DNA of 64,000 nucleotides, from IMG/VR virus record IMGVR_UViG_3300045988_123588, one strand, 5' to 3'. Origin of the DNA: a virus. Under the pieces are notes generated by a model. That model saw only the letters and a list, made by a program, of their open reading frames with translations. It made no database searches and was not told the origin of the DNA. Positions 37,132-45,782 of this stretch are shown here, in pieces; within the stretch, counting starts at the first letter, position 1, and every line of letters begins with the position of its first letter. Both the position numbers and the translations under genes were made by a program.

Positions 37132-37733
37132 AAATCACAAACGTAGACGTTTATGACTTAGAGAAGTCAATTATAGCATGTAGGAATGCTATGCGTACAG
37201 AACCTGTATTTCCAATAGGCGTAGATGCTTGGGGACATCCAATTTACGAACAGAAGGAGTGGGATGATTCTTTCAAGAGGGCAAAATCACTTGCCAAATC
37301 TCCCTCAAACAGTGGTCACCCTAATTTTCTAACCGGTATAAGGGTATCATTTGATATTCTGTACCCAAACTACTTTTCACCCGAGTTACAACGATATCAT
37401 TGGATAGACATTGTAACCTCATCTTCAAAGATGCACCGACTTGGTGAAATTGTAAAGAAGGAATCTTTTAACAAGTATGTAACTCCAGAGGTCATAGCTA
37501 TAGTTCAGGACTTGGCCAATAAGTTCATTGAGGACCCCAGCTATGAGAATCGCATCAAGCTGTTAAGTAACTGCCCTCTCGGAATAGAGTTATTCATGAG
37601 GGTAAGTACAAACTATATGCAACTACGGAATATATACTACCAGAGGAAAGACCATCGCTTGAGAGAGGATTGGGGGTCATTTTGTAAGATGATTCAGGAA
37701 TTACCATTCTTTGATGAATTTATCAATCAGTAG
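37125..37733 (+). CDS. ThyX-fold protein with degenerate catalytic motifs
   Basis: It is collinear with ThyX. SGHPNFLTGIRVSFDILYPNYFSPELQRYHWIDIVTSSSKMHRL aligns with HGHETPFEH..F.F.V.aPifvarQwfRHRiaSyNElSgRY. STNYMQLRNIYYQRKDHR aligns with TvNaRsLmnFlnLRadshA. Confidence 0.55.
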   Translation: MVEITNVDVYDLEKSIIACRNAMRTEPVFPIGVDAWGHPIYEQKEWDDSFKRAKSLAKSPSNSGHPNFLTGIRVSFDILYPNYFSPELQRYHWIDIVTSSSKMHRLGEIVKKESFNKYVTPEVIAIVQDLANKFIEDPSYENRIKLLSNCPLGIELFMRVSTNYMQLRNIYYQRKDHRLREDWGSFCKMIQELPFFDEFINQ

Positions 37734-37735
37734 TT

Positions 37736-37981
37736 ATGGCCGATAGATATGAACATGTAAATCACCCAAAACACTACAATAATTATAGTGTGGAAGTGAT
37801 AGATATGATGGAAGCAATTTATGGAACGGAAGCAACAATAACCTTCTGTGAAATGACAGCTTTCAAATATCGCATGAGGGTTGGTACTAAACCAGATAAC
37901 TCAATAGAACAGGATTTACAAAAGGAACGTTGGTATCTTAACAAGGCTAAAGAATTAAGGGCTAAAATTAAGGTAGAATAA
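37736..37981 (+). CDS. DUF3310-family small protein
   Basis: HPKHYNNYSVEVIDMME...FCEMTAFKYRMRVGTKP...EQDLQKERWYLNKAKEL fits the DUF3310 pattern. Confidence 0.65.
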   Translation: MADRYEHVNHPKHYNNYSVEVIDMMEAIYGTEATITFCEMTAFKYRMRVGTKPDNSIEQDLQKERWYLNKAKELRAKIKVE

Positions 37982-37985
37982 AATG

Positions 37986-38026
37986 GAAGACAGTACATTG
38001 TGAAAAGTGTACTGTCTTTCTTGTAG
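37986..38026 (+). terminator. Intrinsic terminator before the DNA polymerase gene
   Basis: gaagacagtaca pairs with tgtactgtcttt around a 10-nt loop, followed by tcttgt. Confidence 0.6.
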
Positions 38027-38110
38027 AACAAGATGAAGAGATAACTAAGAGATATGGTCTACTAAAGAACTATTGCATACTACAAGTAATATAATAAATT
38101 CTATTAACAC

Positions 38111-40399
38111 ATGGAGTCAAGATATGCTATAATAAAGAGTTTCTCACAAGTCAAGCGGCTTGTGAAAGCCTGTTTGAAAACAGGTATAGCTTCCGTCGAC
38201 TTCGAGACAAACGCAGAGGGTATTTATAATAAAACCTTCAAACCAACCATCTTATCCATAACCTTTCAAGTTGGTTCTGGTGTATCAATTCCACTATGTC
38301 ATCATGAATATAAAAACCCTCGTTGGAAACGTTGGTTAAAGTATTTTGGTAGGAAAGTGGTTGAGAATCCTAATATAACTAAAGTAGGATGGAATCTGAA
38401 GTTTGACCTTCAGATATTTGAGTTGTTTGGAATATATGTTAGGGGTACAGTTCTAGACGGTATGCTTATGAAGTACCTTCTGAACGAAGAGAAACCTAAT
38501 GACTTGAAGTCCATGGTTAGAAGGTATCTACCAGAACATGGGGATTACGAGAAGTCAGATAAATTCGACAAGATACCATGGGATAAGAAACCTTTAGAAC
38601 CATTATGCAAGTATGGTTGTCAGGATACCGATTACACTCTTAGGTTAGCTATGTTCTTTGAAAGCAAGCTGATAGAGGTTGGTATGTATCCATTATTCAG
38701 GCATTTGATTATGCCTGCTTCACGGGTATTGCAACATGCCGAGAAAACAGGATTATATCTCGATAGGAAGTTCAATCAGGAATTACTTGAATCTTATAAA
38801 CCAAAGATTGACCAAGCAACTTCTAATTGCTTGAATCTTCCTCGAGTGAAAAAATTCTCTAGATGGCTTGTCCAAGAAAGAATAAGCAAATATCTTGCAT
38901 CTATTGAAAGTGAACTTGAGGATTTAGATTACAATGATCCGAAGGATGCCCGTAAAATAGCAAGCAGGGAACAAAAAATATCTAACATCCGAGCAGGTGT
39001 ATTCACTACTAAAAAGGAATTGGAATTAACCCGAGAAGTAAACTTAGGGAGTCCTATTGACTTACCTTTGTTATTATATTCTAAAAAGGGATTTAACTTT
39101 CCGATAATAAAATACACAAAGGATAAGAAAACAAATCGTGATACTGATAAGCCAAGTACTGATGAGGATACGTTGGTAGAACTTAGGTTAACGGTTAAAG
39201 ACCCAGAAAGTCCAAAGGCAATATTCCTGGATAACCTTCTTGAGTTGAGAGGGTTAAAGAAAATGTATACAACATATATAGAGGGGTGGCATGATAAGGT
39301 ACAGGATGATGATAGGATTCATGGTCAATTCAAAATCATTGGTACTACATCAGGACGACTGAGTAGTTCTGAACCCAATCTACAGCAGATACCAAAGACT
39401 TCAGTAGATGCTAATATTAAGAAACAGTTAGTAGCTCCAAAGGGGAAACTATACATGGCACTAGACTACTCTCAGGCAGAGTTAAGAATCATGGCACACC
39501 TTTCAGGAGATGAGACTTATCTTGAGGCATTTGCCAAGGGTCAGGACCCTCACCTTGCTATTGCAGCAAACAAATATGGGGTATCATACGAGGAAGCAAA
39601 CAAAGCTTATAGCGATGAACAACATCCCGATTATAAGCTTTGGAAAAATCGAAGGAAGCAGGCAAAGCAGATATGTTTCGGTATTATATATGGTATTCAG
39701 AAGAAACTGCTTGCAGTTAAACTATCTGACCCAAAAGCTGGTATTATCGTAACTCCAGATGAAGCTCAACAACAGCTGAACGAGTTTTTCCAAGAGCACC
39801 CAAAGATTAAGAAGTTCATGATTAACCAAGAGAAAGTATTGGTAAGACATGGATATATTAAATCTCTGTTTGGTAGGAAAAGAAGATTACCTCAAGTATA
39901 TTCTGATAATGAGCAAGAAGCTGCATACGCAGTACGATTATCAGTTAATATGCCATGTCAATCAGCTGCATCCGATATGACTTTGTTTGCATCTATACTT
40001 AATTACTGGAAGATTAGGCAGGGCATATTACCACCTCTATTGGAAACATGTACTGTACATGATGCTGTTTATTACCTGACAGACCCAGAATATATAAACA
40101 TATTCACAGTGTATAATATATGGGAAACATGCCGTAACCCGAGTACAAAAGAATATTTCAAGTTTGAAATCAATGATGTCGATATGTCTATGGACTTTAC
40201 TATAGGACGTTCGATGGCTGAGGAGTTACCGTATATACCGGGATATGACTATAGAAAAATGCTTCAACCAGATTTCAATGTGGAGAAGTATTTGGAAGAA
40301 CATCGGAAATGGAAAGAGCTATCCATTAAAGAGTTCCCAAAGAAGTTTCCGGAATACTTTAAGAAGGATTACTCATGGCGAAAGGAAAAGGTGGCATAG
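38111..40399 (+). CDS. Family A DNA polymerase with 3'-5' exonuclease domain
   Basis: The Exo motifs are ASVDFETNA (I), GWNLKFDLQIF (II) and YGCQDTDYTLRL (III). The Pol motifs are LDYSQAELRIMAHLSGD (A), RRKQAKQICFGIIYG (B) and CTVHDAV (C). Confidence 0.95.
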   Translation: MESRYAIIKSFSQVKRLVKACLKTGIASVDFETNAEGIYNKTFKPTILSITFQVGSGVSIPLCHHEYKNPRWKRWLKYFGRKVVENPNITKVGWNLKFDLQIFELFGIYVRGTVLDGMLMKYLLNEEKPNDLKSMVRRYLPEHGDYEKSDKFDKIPWDKKPLEPLCKYGCQDTDYTLRLAMFFESKLIEVGMYPLFRHLIMPASRVLQHAEKTGLYLDRKFNQELLESYKPKIDQATSNCLNLPRVKKFSRWLVQERISKYLASIESELEDLDYNDPKDARKIASREQKISNIRAGVFTTKKELELTREVNLGSPIDLPLLLYSKKGFNFPIIKYTKDKKTNRDTDKPSTDEDTLVELRLTVKDPESPKAIFLDNLLELRGLKKMYTTYIEGWHDKVQDDDRIHGQFKIIGTTSGRLSSSEPNLQQIPKTSVDANIKKQLVAPKGKLYMALDYSQAELRIMAHLSGDETYLEAFAKGQDPHLAIAANKYGVSYEEANKAYSDEQHPDYKLWKNRRKQAKQICFGIIYGIQKKLLAVKLSDPKAGIIVTPDEAQQQLNEFFQEHPKIKKFMINQEKVLVRHGYIKSLFGRKRRLPQVYSDNEQEAAYAVRLSVNMPCQSAASDMTLFASILNYWKIRQGILPPLLETCTVHDAVYYLTDPEYINIFTVYNIWETCRNPSTKEYFKFEINDVDMSMDFTIGRSMAEELPYIPGYDYRKMLQPDFNVEKYLEEHRKWKELSIKEFPKKFPEYFKKDYSWRKEKVA

Positions 40400-40824
40400 T
40401 ACGTCTATCCCAGATTAAGAAAAACACACTAAAGATTCTCTTTCAAGGTAAAACTTACGAGATTGATTTAGACCAGGAACTCATGATTGATGAGAACCTG
40501 GTCAATCAGTCTTTACGTAAAAGTCCATCCAATTACGCTCTATTGGTGATGGTAAGGGATAGGCTTATATACAAAAGGGATAAACTTGAAAAGGCAAAAG
40601 ACCAGGCCTATAGTAAGGCATGGCTTTACTACAAAGAATCTGGAAACATCAATAATGATGCTGCAGCACATAAAGCAGAGAATAATCAAGCTTATCAAGG
40701 AGCCTTAAAAAGGTACATGAAGGCTGAATACAATGCAAGTAAATTCATAAGTATATGTAAAGCATACGAATCACGAGAGAATATATTAAGAACAATATCA
40801 GCAAACTTACGTAAACAACAGTAA
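40375..40824 (+). CDS. Hypothetical coiled-coil protein
   Basis: 149 aa with an ATGGCG start overlapping the polymerase 3' end. Confidence 0.5.
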   Translation: MAKGKGGIVRLSQIKKNTLKILFQGKTYEIDLDQELMIDENLVNQSLRKSPSNYALLVMVRDRLIYKRDKLEKAKDQAYSKAWLYYKESGNINNDAAAHKAENNQAYQGALKRYMKAEYNASKFISICKAYESRENILRTISANLRKQQ

Positions 40825-40826
40825 CT

Positions 40827-41201
40827 ATGTCAAAAATTGAATTAGACCTTATTTCGGTCAAAGAAGCAAATGAGTTGAACGATAAACTGAAAGGTTTAGG
40901 AACTCCAACAGGAAGCCGGGTACTTATAGTATCTCCAATAGTAACTGCAGATACAAAAACAAAGGGTGGATTATATATCCCTCAGGAACACGACAAAGAT
41001 ACAGTACCACGCAAAGGAGTGGTCATTCAAGTAGGACCAATAACTGACGAACAGCAGGAAGAATATCCTGGTCTTCAAGTAGGAGCTGTAGTTACGTATG
41101 GTCTGTATGCCGGTAAAGAGCTGGATATTGTAGACCTTCCCAATCAAGTAACTACTATATTATCTCTGAACGAGATACTTTACATTGAAACCAATAAATA
41201 A
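40827..41201 (+). CDS. GroES/Cpn10-like co-chaperonin
   Basis: GSRVLIVSPIVTADTKTKGGLYIPQEHDKDTVPRKGVVIQVGPI...GAVVTYGLYAGKELDI...ILSLNEILYI is collinear with the GroES signature. Confidence 0.65.
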   Translation: MSKIELDLISVKEANELNDKLKGLGTPTGSRVLIVSPIVTADTKTKGGLYIPQEHDKDTVPRKGVVIQVGPITDEQQEEYPGLQVGAVVTYGLYAGKELDIVDLPNQVTTILSLNEILYIETNK

Positions 41202-41205
41202 AGCC

Positions 41206-41994
41206 ATGAAAAAGGAAAAAACCGTTAAGAAAAAAGGTAGTGTAATGACTACCCGAGAAAAAATGCTTGCCCGGAAGAAAGACCTGGAAAAGCGTAGTGG
41301 AGGTGGTGGAATAATCTACCCGAAAGAAGGAACTACAAGAGTACGTATCAAATCACGAGGAGCAGACGAAGAACTGGGAATCGAGATTGTTCAATTCTAT
41401 CTCGGACCTAAAGAGGGAGGTATTATATCTCCGGCTACTTTCGATGAGCCATGTCCTTTCATGGAGAAGTTTCAGGAGCTTAAGAACTCCGATGACCCAG
41501 ATGATAAGGCATTGGCCTCGAAATTGGTGCCCAAGAGAAAGTATCTCGTAGGGGTACTTGGGTACAAAGATACCAAGGGTAAGGAAATTGACCCTGACAG
41601 GGTTGATAAGCCTATGATGGTACCACGCTCGGTATATCAAGATATTATCGACCTTTACCTCGACGAGGAGGATTGGGGTGACATGACTGACCCCGTAGAT
41701 GGATATGATATCAAGATAACCCGCACCGGTACTGGCAAGAATGACACCAGTTATTCAGTATCCCCTTGCCAGAAAACCAAGCTGGACAAGAAGTATCGGG
41801 GAGAGGTGGACTTGGAGAAAGCAATACGAGCAAATATCCTTTCCTACGAGGAGCTCGAGGAGAAGCTGGCATCATTCCTAAATGAGGGAGATGATGACGA
41901 TGAAGATGAAAGACCTCGTAAGAAATCTTCTTCCAAAACCAAGCTAGCGGATAAAAAGAAAAAGGGGAAGAAGAAATATAAGGGTGATATCTAA
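41206..41994 (+). CDS. ssDNA-binding protein candidate
   Basis: I prefer the ATG 41206 start over TTG 41185. The N terminus is Lys-rich, the C-terminal tail is acidic then basic (GDDDDEDERPRKKSSSK), and codon usage is G/C3-rich. The gene lies between the polymerase and the recombinase. No motif is verifiable by eye. Confidence 0.45.
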   Translation: MKKEKTVKKKGSVMTTREKMLARKKDLEKRSGGGGIIYPKEGTTRVRIKSRGADEELGIEIVQFYLGPKEGGIISPATFDEPCPFMEKFQELKNSDDPDDKALASKLVPKRKYLVGVLGYKDTKGKEIDPDRVDKPMMVPRSVYQDIIDLYLDEEDWGDMTDPVDGYDIKITRTGTGKNDTSYSVSPCQKTKLDKKYRGEVDLEKAIRANILSYEELEEKLASFLNEGDDDDEDERPRKKSSSKTKLADKKKKGKKKYKGDI

Positions 41995-42022
41995 AGATTC
42001 TCTGGATATATACCTAAAGCAG

Positions 42023-42055
42023 GAGTGGGGTATATTTAATATCCCACTCTTTTCA
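42023..42055 (+). terminator. Intrinsic terminator after the SSB-like gene
   Basis: gagtggg... pairs with ...cccactc and is followed by tcttttc. Confidence 0.65.
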
Positions 42056-42073
42056 TATTATAAATAACCAAGT

Positions 42074-43264
42074 ATGGCAAGGAAAACAAAAGCTGCTAGA
42101 AAATCAGGCAGTAAAAAGTTCAAGATACCAACACAAAATGAGATACTCAAGAAATATGGGTCATCTCTCCAGTTAAAGGCCAGTACTATAAACCATCATG
42201 GTTTGTGGATTCCATCCACATTCTTTGCTCTCAACTATCAGATGGGTGGTGGTGTACCATTTGGTAAGATAATCGAGATAATGGGAGAAGAATCTTCAGG
42301 TAAATCCCTGATAGCTTACAACTTTGCTTATGCTGCACAACAACTCGGAGGTCATGTAATATGGGTGGATGCAGAACAGGCATGGATGAACTCATGGGCA
42401 GAAGAAAATGGTTTGGACCCTGAACGAGTAACAGTACTAAATGACACCCGAATAGAAACTATATCGGATGCTATTGCTGATTTAGCAATATATTGGAGGT
42501 CTAAGTTAACCAACAATGAACCTATCATAGTTGTGATAGATTCAATAGCGGCCTTGGATTCTATTGAAGCCATTGATGCAAAAATGGCTGATAGCAAAGC
42601 CGAAATGGGAAACCGGGCAAAACAAATCTACAAGATGTTCCGAATAAGGAACGAATTGTTCTACCGGCTTGGAGTAACCATGGTATGTATCAACCAGTTG
42701 CGCAGTAAACTGGGAGCAGGCTTTGGTCAAGATACCAGTACAACTCCGGGTGGGGCAGCACTCAAGTTTTATGCTTCAATACGATTAGCATTCTACTCAG
42801 GTAAAACTCTTAAGATTAAGTATAAGGGTAAGGAAAGACGAGCAGGTAAATATGTAACTGTTCAGATGAAAAAGAATAAGGTATCTCCTCCTCGGGAAAC
42901 CATATCCAAAGCCCCTATATACTTTAATCCAAAGTATCATGAAGTCGGCTTTGACAGATACTTCTGGTTAGAAGAGTCTTTGGAAGATGCCGGAGTAATA
43001 GAAAAGCTCGGTGGTGGAACCTATATGTTCGAAGGAAAGAAACTGTGTAGAGGAGAAGAGGCTTTCCATAGATTAATCGAGGAAGATGGTGAATTGAGGA
43101 AAAAGCTGTTAAAGGCTGCCGGAATAAACACCATAGGAACAACTAAGCGAAAGCTCAAGAAGATTACACGAAACATGTTCCCTGTTGATGCAGACTTAGA
43201 CTATGAATCTCAAATAGAATCTGAAGATGCAGAAGAAGAAGAATATATCCCGGATGAGGGGTAG
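42074..43264 (+). CDS. RecA/UvsX-family recombinase
   Basis: Walker A is IMGEESSGKSLIA and Walker B is IIVVIDSIAAL. There is a Lys-rich N-terminal extension (MARKTKAARKSGSKKFK) and an acidic C terminus. Confidence 0.9.
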   Translation: MARKTKAARKSGSKKFKIPTQNEILKKYGSSLQLKASTINHHGLWIPSTFFALNYQMGGGVPFGKIIEIMGEESSGKSLIAYNFAYAAQQLGGHVIWVDAEQAWMNSWAEENGLDPERVTVLNDTRIETISDAIADLAIYWRSKLTNNEPIIVVIDSIAALDSIEAIDAKMADSKAEMGNRAKQIYKMFRIRNELFYRLGVTMVCINQLRSKLGAGFGQDTSTTPGGAALKFYASIRLAFYSGKTLKIKYKGKERRAGKYVTVQMKKNKVSPPRETISKAPIYFNPKYHEVGFDRYFWLEESLEDAGVIEKLGGGTYMFEGKKLCRGEEAFHRLIEEDGELRKKLLKAAGINTIGTTKRKLKKITRNMFPVDADLDYESQIESEDAEEEEYIPDEG

Positions 43265-44174
43265 AAAACCGAGGATGCTTATGGTAGTGGACGGGAGTAA
43301 TCTTGCTCACCGTTCATACCATAAGTTTAAGAATCTAAAAGCCAACAACGGAGTTGGTACAGGGTTGGTATATGGATTCTTAAGAATCTTAGGTTCATAC
43401 CTAACAAGGTTTAAGCCCAGTCATGTAGTAATTACTTTCGATACTCAACAGAGCAAAGAGTCAAATTTCCGTAATGGTCTACTCGAAGGTTACAAAGCAC
43501 ATAGGAGTAAGATAAGTATGGATTATGAAGACTTCAATAAACAATTATCATTGTTGAGAAGGATTCTAAGATTACTCGGAGTTCAGATGATTATTGATAG
43601 GAAGGGCCTGGGATATGAATCTGATGACTACATTGCTTGGTTGGCAATAAACCACCCAGGTAAATCTCTGATAATATCCTCTGATAAAGACTTCTGTCAA
43701 TTGCTTGATAAAAGAGTCAAGATATTCAATCCTAACAAAGATACCATAATCCTAAACCAAACCTGCAAGGATATCATGGGTTACTCTGCTGAGGAATGCG
43801 TTGACTACCTAATACTTAATGGAGATAAGTCAGATGATATCCCAGGTTATTACGGTATGGGAGAAGTGAAGACAAAAGCTTTCTTAAAACAGTATGGGAG
43901 TATATCAGACTTCATAGATGCAGTCGGAGCAGAGTTCAAGGGTATTGAAAGGGACCAGCTAGAAGAGTTATACAAGAAGAACAAGCCTCTGATAGACTTG
44001 AGAACAGCATTAACTCTGCACCCAATCAAGAAAGTCCCTTGGGTAAAAGGATGTACTAATAATAAAAGGAAGGATAGGTTATTCATGGTATTAGACAAGT
44101 TTAACCTTAGGTCTTTCAAGATACCCGATTTTTTGGAACCTTTCAAAAAACTACAACATTATGTACAACGGTAG
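43227..44174 (+). CDS. 5'-3' exonuclease / flap endonuclease (T4 RNase H-like)
   Basis: The motifs are MLMVVDGSNLAHRSYH, GYESDDYIAW, IISSDKDFCQLL and LNGDKSDDIPGYYGMGEVKTKAFL. The start is uncertain; ATG 43254 or 43275 would remove the overlap with the recombinase. Confidence 0.9.
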   Translation: MQKKKNISRMRGRKPRMLMVVDGSNLAHRSYHKFKNLKANNGVGTGLVYGFLRILGSYLTRFKPSHVVITFDTQQSKESNFRNGLLEGYKAHRSKISMDYEDFNKQLSLLRRILRLLGVQMIIDRKGLGYESDDYIAWLAINHPGKSLIISSDKDFCQLLDKRVKIFNPNKDTIILNQTCKDIMGYSAEECVDYLILNGDKSDDIPGYYGMGEVKTKAFLKQYGSISDFIDAVGAEFKGIERDQLEELYKKNKPLIDLRTALTLHPIKKVPWVKGCTNNKRKDRLFMVLDKFNLRSFKIPDFLEPFKKLQHYVQR

Positions 44175-44823
44175 GAAATACCAAATCATGTTCACCGGAG
44201 TTTCGGGAGTTGGAAAAACAACTATTGCCAAGGAAGTGGCAGATATGTTAAAGATACCTTTCATATCTGGGTCATATTCTGACTTGGTACCTGAAACTAA
44301 AAACATGCCACATGCTGATATGATTCAGCAGGATGCCGAAACGGTATTCACACAGGATATGCAGGTACTTAATCTGCGTAACAAAGCTTTCAGGGGAGAA
44401 GATAGCTTTGTAACAGACAGGTCATACTTTGACTCAGCAGCATACTTTATCAATAAGCTATCACATAGGTTAGCTGAATGCGATTTAGAACATGCTGTAG
44501 ACTTATGTCGTATGTTACTTGGTCAACAATGTACTCATTTAATCTTCATACCTTTCTCAGCAAGATTTTTCAATGAGTGGGTAACAGAAGATAACGGTAA
44601 ACGAGTACTATCAAAGTACTACCAATTCCAGGTATCACAGGTAATGTACGGACTACTTGACCTGTGGGGTTTCAAACTAGATTCAAATATATTCCAGTAT
44701 GTAAATGGTATTCCCAATACTGGTACATTGGATATCATGGGTTACAAGATTAAAGTCATGATATTGGATGAGATGAACTACGAAAAAAGGAAAAACCTTA
44801 TCAACAAATTTCTTCAGTTATGA
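44161..44823 (+). CDS. P-loop deoxynucleoside/deoxynucleotide kinase-like protein
   Basis: The P-loop is MFTGVSGVGKTTIAKEVA and VTDRSYFDSAAYF is a dNK-like DRS motif. Confidence 0.55.
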   Translation: MYNGRKYQIMFTGVSGVGKTTIAKEVADMLKIPFISGSYSDLVPETKNMPHADMIQQDAETVFTQDMQVLNLRNKAFRGEDSFVTDRSYFDSAAYFINKLSHRLAECDLEHAVDLCRMLLGQQCTHLIFIPFSARFFNEWVTEDNGKRVLSKYYQFQVSQVMYGLLDLWGFKLDSNIFQYVNGIPNTGTLDIMGYKIKVMILDEMNYEKRKNLINKFLQL

Positions 44824-45782
44824 AGGTGATAGGTATAGCATTCTCTGATTTGCACTTAGGAGAGTATTCTAAGTTCAATGAGGATAACAAGAGGACCCTA
44901 AGTATTTTCAGGGTCCTCTCTTTGATTAAAGACTTATGTATTAAGTATAAATGCCCGGCATTCTTTTGCGGGGATTTTATGCACCGTCCAGAATATATAA
45001 GTACTTCACTTGATGAAATTATAATTGAACAGTTCGAAGAGTTAAATAGGTGTAACGAATTTAACATATATGGTATATCCGGAAACCATGACCTACAGAA
45101 AAGTAACTCTATAACTAATCAATCACCTTCTCATTGGGCAAACTTATGTCGCAGATATTCATTCTTACATAATCTGGATTTCTCTTACCATGAGTTTGAT
45201 AAGTTCAGAGTAGTAGGTATTCCCTACTTAGACCACAACAAAGGGTTGGATGGGCTGATAAAAGCAGAGTTGAAAGAAGCTATGTTAAAGCCTACAATCC
45301 TATTATTACATACTGATTATCCTGGGGCTAAAGATACCGACAATACTGAAGTTGGAACAGTAGAGAATTTGAATGTGAATTTACTATCTAAATTCAAATT
45401 GGTATTGATAGGTCATATACATAAACCTCAAAGACTTGGGAAAAAGATATACATGGTAGGAGCTCCCCTACAACAGAGGAGAACAGACCGTAATTGTAAA
45501 CTTGGATATTGGAAGATATATGAGGACTTCTCAATGGAATTCAAGCCATTCAAAGGCTTTCCTAAATTTGTGGATGTATCATCAGAGGATGAAATTAGGG
45601 ATGATGGTAATTATTATACTGTCATTGCTAGCAAGTCTCGGATTGTGGCGGTGGAAGATACCCCGCAAATAACTCGGGAACTTACTAAGAAAACAATGGT
45701 AAGGAGATATATGAGAGCAAAAGGTATAAAAGACCAAAATAAAAAGGCCACATTGTTAAAAGTAATCAAGGAAGCAGAATGA
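44820..45782 (+). CDS. Mre11/SbcD-like nuclease (T4 gp47-like)
   Basis: The phosphoesterase motifs are FSDLHLG, FFCGDFMH, GISGNHD, LLLHTD and LIGHIHKP. Confidence 0.9.
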   Translation: MKVIGIAFSDLHLGEYSKFNEDNKRTLSIFRVLSLIKDLCIKYKCPAFFCGDFMHRPEYISTSLDEIIIEQFEELNRCNEFNIYGISGNHDLQKSNSITNQSPSHWANLCRRYSFLHNLDFSYHEFDKFRVVGIPYLDHNKGLDGLIKAELKEAMLKPTILLLHTDYPGAKDTDNTEVGTVENLNVNLLSKFKLVLIGHIHKPQRLGKKIYMVGAPLQQRRTDRNCKLGYWKIYEDFSMEFKPFKGFPKFVDVSSEDEIRDDGNYYTVIASKSRIVAVEDTPQITRELTKKTMVRRYMRAKGIKDQNKKATLLKVIKEAE

